From: Alkanindiges illinoisensis DSM 15370
GTDB taxonomy: Bacteria > Pseudomonadota > Gammaproteobacteria > Pseudomonadales > Moraxellaceae
Length of the DNA stretch: 32,000 nucleotides
Assembly (NCBI RefSeq): GCF_000619845.1
Contig: NZ_JHUX01000003.1
Location: 340,064 to 372,063 of the forward strand
Reading direction: 5' to 3'
Positions 1 through 8,772 of this stretch are shown here, in pieces. The position numbers and the translations under genes are program-made. The stretch's first letter is position 1. Every line of letters starts with the position of its first letter. The notes below the pieces were generated by a model. The model was not told where the DNA came from. It saw only the letters and a program-made list of their open reading frames with translations, and searched no databases.

Positions 1-1
1 C

Positions 2-325
2 ACGCAATATGCCATGACCGATCGCCCAGATGATCTTAAGATTGGCGTAAAGTCCACTGCCATTCTGTTTGGCAAATATGACCTCACTATTATTGCCCTG
101 TTGCAATTGGCGAGCCTTGGCCTGCTGGCATGGGTATTTGATTTACATCATCTATTCAATGGATTTACTGGATGGGCTACCCTTGCCATTGTGCTTGGAC
201 TGTTTATTTTTCAACTGGTAAAGACACTGGATCGGCAACCTGCACATACTTTCTGGGCATTTCGGCACAATCGCTGGGTTGGATTGGTAATCTGGCTGGG
301 CATTGTTACCAGTTACTTGCTATAG
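2..325 (+). CDS. ubiA: 4-hydroxybenzoate polyprenyltransferase UbiA, C-terminal part (5' end lies outside the window)
   Basis: The frame is open from base 2 ([27 protein letters not shown]...). This matches the second Asp-rich motif region and C-terminal TM helices of UbiA (E. coli [22 protein letters not shown]). Confidence 0.85.
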   Translation, partial: [107 protein letters not shown]

Positions 326-398
326 CATGAAATTTCTATCGATGCCTTAAAGTGAATTGTTAAAAAGCTTATCTATATTAAGTAGCCTTTGGCGCTGC

Positions 399-450
399 CT
401 TGTTTACGCTTTACTACGCTTGTTTACCTGTTGTCTACGTTGGCTACAGT
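399..450. promoter_or_regulatory. Array of direct repeats phased at ~10 bp; candidate binding array for a direct-repeat-recognising regulator
   Basis: CTTGTTTAC occurs at 399-407 and 419-427. TACGCT occurs at 405-410 and 415-420. xTAC cores end at 407, 417, 427, 438 and 447 (spacing 10, 10, 11, 9). The array lies ~100 bp upstream of the ORF at 551. Confidence 0.35.
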
Positions 451-550
451 TGGAGGATATGTCTTATACAGGAGTACATCAGCATTAACATTTGGTTTTG
501 CTATGCTTAATCTCATCAAGACGCAATACAAATTTGAGATGAGGTAAGTG

Positions 551-982
551 ATGACTACGACGAATAATACAAAATCTAATTTAACAAATAATCAATTAAA
601 TCAGGATGCTAATGTTAAGCAGAGTTTAACCAATCCTCAAGCTGATGCTAATCAGGCATCAGCCAGCCAAGACCGCACTGCCAATGCTGTATTTGGAAAT
701 GATCAGGTGAGTTCACGTCAGGTAGAAGGTTTAACAGATACTGATGAGTTGAGCGAGCAAATGGCAAAGAACGCTGAAGATTTTGATAAAAGCCCGGAAA
801 ATGCCTTAAACGAGCAAGGTGCAGCTAACCAGGCCAAAACTGAACAGAATAATGGCAGCGCAGGTAACCAGAAAATCCGCAATGCAGTTGAGCATCTCAA
901 TGAAGATAAACTAAAGGATAATGTGCTGGAGCAGGATGAAAGAGGTACAGTAGACATACCCACGCCTGCATCGCCTGATTGA
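551..982 (+). CDS. Hypothetical N/Q/D/E-rich, probably intrinsically disordered, cytoplasmic protein
   Basis: The ORF has a GAGGT Shine-Dalgarno at 541-545, six nt before the ATG at 551 (the GTG at 548 is an alternative). A strong terminator follows directly. No Cys, Trp or Tyr, no signal peptide, no recognisable domain. Confidence 0.6.
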   Translation: MTTTNNTKSNLTNNQLNQDANVKQSLTNPQADANQASASQDRTANAVFGNDQVSSRQVEGLTDTDELSEQMAKNAEDFDKSPENALNEQGAANQAKTEQNNGSAGNQKIRNAVEHLNEDKLKDNVLEQDERGTVDIPTPASPD

Positions 983-1055
983 TTTAAGCTGTTTAGAATA
1001 TATTAATTTATAGTTTAAGAATTCATAATAATAACAAAAACAACCAGTTAACCCC

Positions 1056-1092
1056 ACACCATAAATCCCCAAAAATTTATGGTGTTTTTTTT
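1056..1092 (+). terminator. Rho-independent terminator
   Basis: Perfect 11-bp stem ACACCATAAAT / ATTTATGGTGT (1056-1066 and 1075-1085), 8-nt loop, then T7 (1086-1092). Confidence 0.85.
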
Positions 1093-1229
1093 ATGTCAAA
1101 TTTCAGCATGACTTAATAGTCATTATTTTTATGATGCACGATCATTTGTTCGGGTATTTTATAAGTTCTCCTTAATTAACTCATAGTTAAAGAGAGCAAT
1201 ATTTAAAATACGTTTATGGATGAAAACGC

Positions 1230-2477
1230 ATGAAAGCACTTTTCTCCCGCCATTTGCTGGCGGCCGCCATTTTTACCAGTGCGCTTGGACTAACTGCCTG
1301 TGGTAGCGACAATGATTCGTCAGATAGCTATCAAAACAGCAGAATTTATTTGAGTGAAACCACCTATAGCCACAATCAGGGTGATTATAAAATTACCAAT
1401 GCCAATAGCATTAAGGTGATGAGCTATAACATGCCGGGTGTAGCAGGCAAAGATGTAAAAGCAACGGCCATGGTGATGACACCCAAAGGCGAAAAACCGA
1501 AGGATGGCTGGCGTGTGGTGGTATGGGCGCATGGGACAGTAGGTGTGGGTGATAGTTGTGCACCCAGCAATAATGAATTTACCAATAACCGCTTTTCAGC
1601 CATGGCAGATCAGTTGCTGGCTGAAGGCTACATGATTGTTGCTCCTGATTATGAAGGTCTGGGTACGCCGGGTATTCATCCCTACCTGAATCTGCAAAGT
1701 GAAGCCAAATCTGCTATTTATGCAGTCAATGCAGTAAAAGAGCATTATAAGACTGATATTCAGGGCAACTGGATGTCGGTAGGGCAGTCGCAAGGTGGCC
1801 ATGCGGTACTGGGTATTTCCCAGTATGCAGCCAATGATGCCAGCTATAAGGGTACAGTGGCTGGAGCACCTGCTTCCAGTTTAGGGTATATCATTACTCA
1901 GGTTGCACCGACGGCATTACAGAATCTGGTGAATAACGGCCAACCGGAAGTAGCTATTGAAGCCTATGCCGAGCTACTAGCCTATGCAGCGTATACCGCT
2001 GTGGGAATTAAAGCTTATCAGCCGGACTTTGATTATCAGGCGCTATTTTCTGAACGTGCTGCCAAAGTTGCTGTCAATGCAGAAGGAACGACGGGCGAAA
2101 ATGGAATTTGTCTGACTGACCTGCATAATCAATTTGCGGCAGATATCCGTAGTTACCTGAGCACTAACCCTAACCAGACGGTGCTGAATTATCCTGGATT
2201 GGACACTACAGAATTTGCCAATAACCAGACACTGCAAAAATTCCTGGCGAATACCCAGCCTGCTACCAAAAAACTGAATACACCTACCCTGATTATTCAG
2301 GGTACACTGGACATGGCTGTACCATTCGCGGTGACGCAGTCCCTCGTAGAAGGTCAGGTAAAATTGGGTTCAACTATTGACTTCCAGCCAGTGGTAGGTG
2401 CATCTCATACACAGGCGATTGTTGAAAAACGGCCTGAACTGGTTGCCTTTATTAAAAAGTACATGCCAGCGCAATAA
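1230..2477 (+). CDS. Lipoprotein, alpha/beta-hydrolase (secretory-lipase-like) family
   Basis: Signal peptide with lipobox LTAC (MKALFSRHLLAAAIFTSALGLTAC). Nucleophile-elbow-like GQSQGG. Size and layout resemble bacterial LIP-type lipases/esterases. Substrate unknown. Confidence 0.6.
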   Translation: MKALFSRHLLAAAIFTSALGLTACGSDNDSSDSYQNSRIYLSETTYSHNQGDYKITNANSIKVMSYNMPGVAGKDVKATAMVMTPKGEKPKDGWRVVVWAHGTVGVGDSCAPSNNEFTNNRFSAMADQLLAEGYMIVAPDYEGLGTPGIHPYLNLQSEAKSAIYAVNAVKEHYKTDIQGNWMSVGQSQGGHAVLGISQYAANDASYKGTVAGAPASSLGYIITQVAPTALQNLVNNGQPEVAIEAYAELLAYAAYTAVGIKAYQPDFDYQALFSERAAKVAVNAEGTTGENGICLTDLHNQFAADIRSYLSTNPNQTVLNYPGLDTTEFANNQTLQKFLANTQPATKKLNTPTLIIQGTLDMAVPFAVTQSLVEGQVKLGSTIDFQPVVGASHTQAIVEKRPELVAFIKKYMPAQ

Positions 2478-2633
2478 GCAGGTGTGCTGTACGTTTGCCC
2501 AATGCAGGCGTGCAGCAGTTTCAACCTATAATGAAGAAATATCAGTCTGATAAAAATTAAACTTCGTGTTAAACTGTAGCGCGTTTTATTTGCCTTTGCC
2601 CAAAAAGCCCTTTATTGATAGGTAGAGTTTGCC

Positions 2634-3887
2634 ATGTTTGCCAATATTTCCATTGCTGAGTTTGATCCAGAACTGGCCCAGGCCATCAGCGCCGAAGATC
2701 AACGTCAGGAAAACCACATTGAGCTGATTGCTTCTGAAAATTATTGTTCACCTGCCGTCATGGAAGCTCAAGGGACCAAGCTTACCAATAAATATGCAGA
2801 AGGCTATCCGGGCAAGCGCTACTATGGCGGTTGTGAGCATGTTGATGTGATTGAACAACTGGCGATTGACCGTGCCAAGCAACTGTTTGGTGCTGATTAT
2901 GCCAACGTACAGCCGCATGCCGGTTCGCAGGCCAACAGTGCCGTATTTCTGGCACTGCTGAATGCTGGTGACACTGTACTGGGCATGAGTCTTGCGCATG
3001 GTGGTCACCTGACGCATGGTGCCAAGGTTAACTTTTCTGGCAAAAGCTACAATGCTGTGCAATATGGCTTAAATTGTGACACTGGCGAAATCGACTATGA
3101 AGAAGTTGAGCGTCTGGCACTGGAACACAAGCCAAGAATGATTATTGCCGGGTTTTCTGCCTACAGCCGTGTGGTGGACTGGCAGCGTTTCCGTGATATT
3201 GCCGACAAGGTTGGCGCATACCTGATGGTAGACATGGCGCATGTGGCAGGTCTTGTGGCGGCTGGGGTCTATCCAAGTCCGGTTCAAATTGCCGATGTGA
3301 CGACTACCACCACTCATAAAACCCTGCGTGGCCCACGTTCCGGTTTGATTCTGGCCAAAGCCAACGAAGAAATTGAGAAAAAGCTGCAATCTGCAGTATT
3401 CCCGGGCAATCAGGGTGGCCCGCTGATGCATGCGATTGCCGCCAAGGCAGTATGCTTTAAAGAAGCCATGAGCCCTGAGTTCAAAACCTACCAGCAACAA
3501 GTGGTTAAAAATGCTCAGGCTATGGCCAAAGTGCTGGTTGAACGCGGTTATGACATCGTATCCAGTGGCACCGATAACCATTTGTTCCTGCTGTCCCTGA
3601 TCAAGCAGGACATTACCGGTAAGGAAGCGGATGCGTGGCTGGGCCAAGCACACATTACGGTGAATAAAAACGCTGTACCAAATGATCCACGCTCTCCATT
3701 TGTGACTTCCGGCATCCGTATTGGTACGCCAGCTGTCACTACACGTGGTTTTGGTGAAGCTGAAGTGACTGCTTTGGCGGGCTGGATTGCTGACATTCTG
3801 GACAGCAAGGGTGATGAAACAGTCATTACTGAAGTTGCTCAGAAAGTGGCTGCTGTTTGTGCCAAATTCCCGGTCTATGCCCAGTAA
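2634..3887 (+). CDS. glyA: Serine hydroxymethyltransferase
   Basis: 417 aa with the SHMT signature including the PLP-lysine motif [16 protein letters not shown]. Full-length collinear resemblance to GlyA. Confidence 0.97.
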   Translation: MFANISIAEFDPELAQAISAEDQRQENHIELIASENYCSPAVMEAQGTKLTNKYAEGYPGKRYYGGCEHVDVIEQLAIDRAKQLFGADYANVQPHAGSQANSAVFLALLNAGDTVLGMSLAHGGHLTHGAKVNFSGKSYNAVQYGLNCDTGEIDYEEVERLALEHKPRMIIAGFSAYSRVVDWQRFRDIADKVGAYLMVDMAHVAGLVAAGVYPSPVQIADVTTTTTHKTLRGPRSGLILAKANEEIEKKLQSAVFPGNQGGPLMHAIAAKAVCFKEAMSPEFKTYQQQVVKNAQAMAKVLVERGYDIVSSGTDNHLFLLSLIKQDITGKEADAWLGQAHITVNKNAVPNDPRSPFVTSGIRIGTPAVTTRGFGEAEVTALAGWIADILDSKGDETVITEVAQKVAAVCAKFPVYAQ

Positions 3888-3948
3888 AAAGTTTTGGGTT
3901 CTGCTTGTTAAATAATCATCAGCAGACCCACTCATAAATTGCTATGAT

Positions 3949-3980
3949 AAAAAGCGCTTTCTGATGAAGGCGCTTTTTTA
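3949..3980 (+). terminator. Rho-independent terminator downstream of glyA
   Basis: AAAAAGCGC (3949-3957) pairs with GCGCTTTTT (3970-3978) around a 12-nt loop; T-run follows. Confidence 0.65.
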
Positions 3981-4014
3981 TTGGACTGTGTAAAAAACCT
4001 GCGGAAAACAAGCA

Positions 4015-4665
4015 ATGCAAATTGAACAGCTTTACCTGGGCAAACTCACTCACTGGGAAGCCAAAAACCAGAATACCGGTATTTTTAAGCAACCTGTTGA
4101 CGCTGCTTATGTGAGTAAAGAGGGGCTTGTGGGTGATGTTCAGGCAGACCGGCGTTTTCATGGCGGGCCGGAAAAGGCATTGCATCAGTTTGCCCAGTCC
4201 AGCTATGACAAAATTGTAGAAGGCTACCCGGAGCTGAGCGGCATTGCGGTTAAAGGCACCATTGGTGAAAACTTTAGTTGCGCTGGCATGACAGATGACA
4301 ATGTGTTTATTGGTGATATTTACCAGTTTGGCACGGCAGTCATTCAGGTGGCACAACCGCGCAACCCGTGCTGGAAAATTAACTATCGCTACAATGTCGA
4401 GCTGCTATCTAACTTTATTGCCGAGCATGCCATTTCCGGCTGGTATTACCGTGTGCTGCAAGAAGGCGAGGTTAGGATAGGTGATCAGATGGTTTTGCTG
4501 GAACGGCCTAACCATCTTATTTCCAATTCAGGCTTGCTACATTTGTTAAACCAGCAGCAGCCTGCCTTACTGGCGCTGGAAGCGGCACGCGAATGTGCAG
4601 GCTTAAATACCGACTGGATCAAGCGGATTGAAAGCCGGATCAAGCATCTGGCTAAAGCGGGATAA
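4015..4665 (+). CDS. MOSC domain protein (YiiM-like)
   Basis: GDVQADRRFHGGPEKALH and the conserved Cys context QPRNPCWKIN are typical of YiiM-type MOSC proteins. Confidence 0.8.
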   Translation: MQIEQLYLGKLTHWEAKNQNTGIFKQPVDAAYVSKEGLVGDVQADRRFHGGPEKALHQFAQSSYDKIVEGYPELSGIAVKGTIGENFSCAGMTDDNVFIGDIYQFGTAVIQVAQPRNPCWKINYRYNVELLSNFIAEHAISGWYYRVLQEGEVRIGDQMVLLERPNHLISNSGLLHLLNQQQPALLALEAARECAGLNTDWIKRIESRIKHLAKAG

Positions 4666-4862
4666 CTAAAATACGATTACTAGTAAAAGATAACTAGAAC
4701 AGAATCACCAGGACAGGCGAATTGATGCTTAATCAAAATTATTGAGAAAATATTTAGCTTATATTTTAAAAACTCATTGAAAACAGTGCAGTGCATCTCC
4801 ATATTTTAAGGTTAAGCCAAATCATAAAATTCTTGACAAAATAAAAAAACTATTTTTCTGCT

Positions 4863-4890
4863 CTTGAAAAAGCAAAAAAACAACGCATCT
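4863..4890 (+). promoter_or_regulatory. Candidate sigma-32 (heat-shock) promoter of clpB
   Basis: CTTGAAA (4863-4869), 13 nt, then ACGCATCT (4883-4890), compared with the consensus CTTGAAA-N13/14-CCCCATNT. Located ~70 bp upstream of the clpB ATG. Confidence 0.45.
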
Positions 4891-4959
4891 TAGAGACATG
4901 GTTTTACACAATGTATTTCAGAGTTTGCCGGGGATTCCCGGCAGCGGAGGACAACAATA

Positions 4960-7539
4960 ATGCGTTTTGAAAAATTTACCGATCGACTACAACAGGCATT
5001 ATCCAATGCCCAGTCTTTGGCAGCGGGTCGGGATCATACGGGGATTGAGGCGTTTCATATTCTGGCAACCCTGCTGGAAGAACCCAGCAATCTCAGTTTA
5101 TTGCAACAGGCCGGTGCCAATGTCAGCACTGTGCAAAGCAAACTTGAACAGGCCTTAAATGATGCCCCCAAGCTGGCTACGCCAACCGGTGATGTCAACC
5201 TGACGCCTGAAGCAGTGCGAATTTTAAATCTGGCGGATAGCTACGCCCAAAAAGCAGGCGATGACTATATTTCCAGCGAATGGGTATTACAGGCCTTAAG
5301 TGAGCAAGGTTCCAGCAAGAAAATTATAGAAGCAGCCGGTGCAGACAGCAAAAAACTGCGTGGCGTGATTGAACAAATTCGAGGTAATGAAAAAGTGACC
5401 AGCAATAACCATGAAGACCAGCGTGAAGCGCTCAGTAAATATACCATCGACCTGACTGAACGTGCCTTGAGTGGCAAACTCGATCCTGTGATTGGCCGTG
5501 ATGATGAAATCCGCCGTACCATTCAGGTGCTGGCACGCCGTACCAAAAACAATCCGGTGCTCATTGGCGAGCCGGGTGTGGGTAAAACCGCCATCGTGGA
5601 AGGTTTGGCCCAGCGTATTGTCAATGGCGAAGTCCCAGAAGGCCTGAAAAACAAGAAAGTGCTGTCACTGGATTTGGGCGCGTTGATTGCAGGCGCCAAA
5701 TTCCGTGGCGAATTTGAAGAACGCCTAAAAGCAGTGCTCAAAGACCTATCCAAACAGGAAGGGCAGGTCATTCTGTTTATTGATGAATTGCACACCATGG
5801 TTGGCGCAGGTAAAGCCGATGGTGCCATGGATGCCGGTAATATGCTCAAGCCTGCACTGGCACGTGGTGAGCTGCATTGTGTGGGCGCAACCACGCTGGA
5901 TGAATATCGCCAGTATATTGAAAAAGACGCGGCACTGGAACGTCGTTTCCAGAAAGTACTGGTGGATGAGCCCAGTGTGGCCGATACCATTGCCATTTTG
6001 CGTGGGTTAAAAGAGCGCTATCAATTGCATCACAATGTGGAAATTGAAGACTCTGCAATTATTGCCGCCGCCCGCATGTCGCATCGCTACATTACGGATC
6101 GCAAACTGCCGGATAAAGCCATTGATTTAATTGATGAAGCTGCCAGCCGCTTGCGTATGGAAATGGATTCCAAGCCAGAAGCCATTGATAAGGTAGAACG
6201 CCGTCTGGTTCAGCTCAAGATGGAATATGAAGTGATCAAGCATGATGAGCATGCAACGGCCCAGCAAAAACAGCTGACTGCCCAGATTGAGCAACTGGAA
6301 AAAGAAAAAGCCGATATGCTGGAAGTCTGGCAGGCTGAAAAAGCCATCGTCCAAGGTGCACAGGGTTTCCGTGAAGAACTGGACAATGCCAAGATTGCCT
6401 ATGCCAAGGCCGAACGGGACAGTGATATTGCCGAAATGTCACGCCTGAAATATAGCGTGATTCCGGAGCTGGAAAAGAAAATTGCCAGTGCCGAACAGGC
6501 TGAAGATCAGGAACAGGGCAAGTTTAAGCTGCTGCGAACCAAGGTGACTGACAATGAAATTGCTGAAGTAGTTAGTGCCGCAACCGGCATTCCCGTATCC
6601 AAAATGATGCAGGGCGAACGGGAAAAGCTGCTCAATATGGAAACATTCCTGCATAAGCGGGTCGTAGGACAGGATGAAGCGGTAGTGGCCGTATCAAATG
6701 CTGTACGCCGCTCACGTGCGGGCTTGTCTGACCCAAACCGTCCCAGTGGTTCATTTTTATTCTTGGGGCCAACTGGTGTAGGTAAAACCGAGTTGACCAA
6801 GGCACTAGCCAACTTCCTGTTTGATAATGATGACGCCATGATCCGCATTGACATGAGCGAGTTTATGGAAAAGCATTCTGTTAGCCGTTTGGTGGGTGCA
6901 CCTCCGGGCTATGTGGGTTATGAAGAAGGCGGTACTTTAACAGAGGCTGTTCGTCGCAAGCCGTATAGTGTGGTGCTGCTGGATGAGGTGGAAAAAGCTC
7001 ATCCCGATGTGTTTAACATTCTGCTGCAAGTGCTGGATGATGGCCGCTTAACCGACTCACAGGGTCGGGTGGTGGACTTTAAAAATACGGTGATTGTGAT
7101 GACGTCCAACCTGGGTTCACAGGCAATTCGTGAGCTGGGTAATGAAGCGCCTGCGGATGAAGTCAAAGCAGCGGTCATGGCAGCAGTCGGTGAGCATTTC
7201 CGCCCGGAATTTATCAACCGGATTGATGAAGTGGTAGTGTTCCATAGCCTGGGTAAATCGCAGATTCGGGGCATTGCCGATATTCAGCTGGATCGCCTGC
7301 GTGCACGTTTACATGAGCGGGAAATTGGCCTGCAACTGGATGATTCAGCCTTTGATGAGCTGGTACAGGTGGGCTATGATCCGGTGTTTGGCGCCCGTCC
7401 TTTGAAACGCGCCATCCAGTCTGAAATTGAAAATCCGTTAGCGCAGCGCATTTTGTCCGGTGAGTTTCAGGCCGGTGACCAGATTGAAGTCAAGCGTGAA
7501 GGAAATGGTCTGGCTTTTGAGAAAGTGAAGTTCCATTAA
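4960..7539 (+). CDS. clpB: AAA+ disaggregase chaperone ClpB
   Basis: 859 aa with two Walker A boxes ([18 protein letters not shown]), a coiled-coil M-domain and a GGAGG SD at 4946-4950. Confidence 0.97.
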   Translation: MRFEKFTDRLQQALSNAQSLAAGRDHTGIEAFHILATLLEEPSNLSLLQQAGANVSTVQSKLEQALNDAPKLATPTGDVNLTPEAVRILNLADSYAQKAGDDYISSEWVLQALSEQGSSKKIIEAAGADSKKLRGVIEQIRGNEKVTSNNHEDQREALSKYTIDLTERALSGKLDPVIGRDDEIRRTIQVLARRTKNNPVLIGEPGVGKTAIVEGLAQRIVNGEVPEGLKNKKVLSLDLGALIAGAKFRGEFEERLKAVLKDLSKQEGQVILFIDELHTMVGAGKADGAMDAGNMLKPALARGELHCVGATTLDEYRQYIEKDAALERRFQKVLVDEPSVADTIAILRGLKERYQLHHNVEIEDSAIIAAARMSHRYITDRKLPDKAIDLIDEAASRLRMEMDSKPEAIDKVERRLVQLKMEYEVIKHDEHATAQQKQLTAQIEQLEKEKADMLEVWQAEKAIVQGAQGFREELDNAKIAYAKAERDSDIAEMSRLKYSVIPELEKKIASAEQAEDQEQGKFKLLRTKVTDNEIAEVVSAATGIPVSKMMQGEREKLLNMETFLHKRVVGQDEAVVAVSNAVRRSRAGLSDPNRPSGSFLFLGPTGVGKTELTKALANFLFDNDDAMIRIDMSEFMEKHSVSRLVGAPPGYVGYEEGGTLTEAVRRKPYSVVLLDEVEKAHPDVFNILLQVLDDGRLTDSQGRVVDFKNTVIVMTSNLGSQAIRELGNEAPADEVKAAVMAAVGEHFRPEFINRIDEVVVFHSLGKSQIRGIADIQLDRLRARLHEREIGLQLDDSAFDELVQVGYDPVFGARPLKRAIQSEIENPLAQRILSGEFQAGDQIEVKREGNGLAFEKVKFH

Positions 7540-7570
7540 TTCACTTTCTGGGTTATTAACTTAAAAAAAT

Positions 7571-7606
7571 AGCCTCTGTTAGCTATGTGACAGGGGCTTA
7601 TTTATT
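7571..7606 (+). terminator. Rho-independent terminator of clpB
   Basis: 11-bp stem AGCCTCTGTTA / TGACAGGGGCT (two G-U pairs), 6-nt loop, then TATTTATT. Confidence 0.8.
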
Positions 7607-7980
7607 GACCAAAATTGGTGAATTTATTGGCATTTTTTGTCATTTTTTGCTTAAAAAAATAAAAATATGACGTTATGGCTTACTGGCTTGTAAGCTATTT
7701 CTCATTGTGCGTGAATGCAGAGTGTGGAAAACTTCCAGTCCTCGCTTCGCTGACATCTCTATTTCCGCATAAAAATTTAGGGTTGAGGGAAATTCAGGTG
7801 GACGAAAGCATGTTCGAGGATAATTAACGTCATGTCAAAACTATTGAAACATTGATAGAGATTAAAGGCATATTCCTTAAGGGCGCAATTAGCCAATATA
7901 AATAATATGCTTATCCTTCGTTAAATATCCGATTTTAAAAAACCTGTGTTCCAAGTAGAACCATTGTAGGATCGGTCAAT

Positions 7981-8769
7981 ATGAAATTTTTTAAACTGCC
8001 TAAACCTGAATTAAAAGCCAAATTCCAAAAAGTGGAACAGTTTTCAGTACAAGACCTTAGAATCATGTACAGCATCTATGAAAAATATTATGAAAACACC
8101 AGCTTTGATATTTTCCAGCATGATTTCCATAAAAAAACCGGTGCTTTTATTATCCGCCACCCTGATACAAACCGCATTGTGGGTTTTTCCACACTCATGA
8201 AATGTGATATTAAAGCCGGTGACAAAACCTATCATGCGCTATTTAGCGGCGATACAGTCATTGAAAAGGAATTCTGGGGCACTCGGGCCTTGCAGCGTGC
8301 CATGTACATTTACCTGATCACGGAAAAAGTAAAGCATCCGACTGAGCCTGTGTACTGGATGCTGATTTCCAAAGGCTTTAAAACCTATTTACTACTGGCC
8401 AATAACTTCTTTACCTACTATCCGCACTTCAAGGGTAAAAACCAGCGCCTGTCTGGCATTGTCGACAGCTACTGCCGCCAGTATTTTAGCGATTATTATG
8501 ATCCTGCCAGCAAAATTCTTAACTTTGGCAATGATTATCAGCCATTAAAGGAAAGTGTTGCGCCGATTACTGAGATCATGCGTAGCACCAACCCCAAAAT
8601 AAAATTCTTTGAAGAGCGCAATCCAAACTGGGTGCAAGGTACAGAGCTGCCGTGTGTCGGCGAAATTACCTGGCAGGAAATTGCCAAGTATGCACAACGG
8701 TTTATTACCAAGCCGATTAGCCAGGGCAAGCTGGATGCCTTATTGGCAAATAAAACCCAGTCGGTATAA
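7981..8769 (+). CDS. Hypothetical protein, GNAT-fold-like acyltransferase (tentative); first gene of the GH3 operon
   Basis: AGGA SD 9 nt upstream. Central segment IVGFSTL...FSGDTVIEKEFWGTRALQRAMYIYL resembles the GNAT beta4/alpha3 motif-A region. No confident family assignment. Confidence 0.4.
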   Translation: MKFFKLPKPELKAKFQKVEQFSVQDLRIMYSIYEKYYENTSFDIFQHDFHKKTGAFIIRHPDTNRIVGFSTLMKCDIKAGDKTYHALFSGDTVIEKEFWGTRALQRAMYIYLITEKVKHPTEPVYWMLISKGFKTYLLLANNFFTYYPHFKGKNQRLSGIVDSYCRQYFSDYYDPASKILNFGNDYQPLKESVAPITEIMRSTNPKIKFFEERNPNWVQGTELPCVGEITWQEIAKYAQRFITKPISQGKLDALLANKTQSV

Positions 8770-8772
8770 GCC

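Noticed and set aside
718-963. 81-aa minus-strand ORF opposite the N/Q-rich ORF
   Set aside because: The plus-strand frame has an SD and a terminator in the right orientation. The minus frame has neither. Because both are low-complexity, the plus-strand call itself is only moderately confident.
2480-2525. Possible terminator or PurR-box-like half-site (ACGTTTGC) between the hydrolase gene and glyA
   Set aside because: The hairpin relies on three G-U pairs and has no T-run. Only half of a PurR-type palindrome is present, so support is insufficient.
3069-3935. 288-aa ORF on the minus strand
   Set aside because: It lies entirely antisense to glyA, whose identity is unambiguous. The translation is low-complexity, has no motifs, and has no SD or terminator of its own.
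5265-7274. Series of 60-157-aa minus-strand and alternative-frame ORFs inside clpB
   Set aside because: They are antisense or overlapping frames of a strongly conserved gene. The S/R/P/A-rich translations are typical of non-coding frames.
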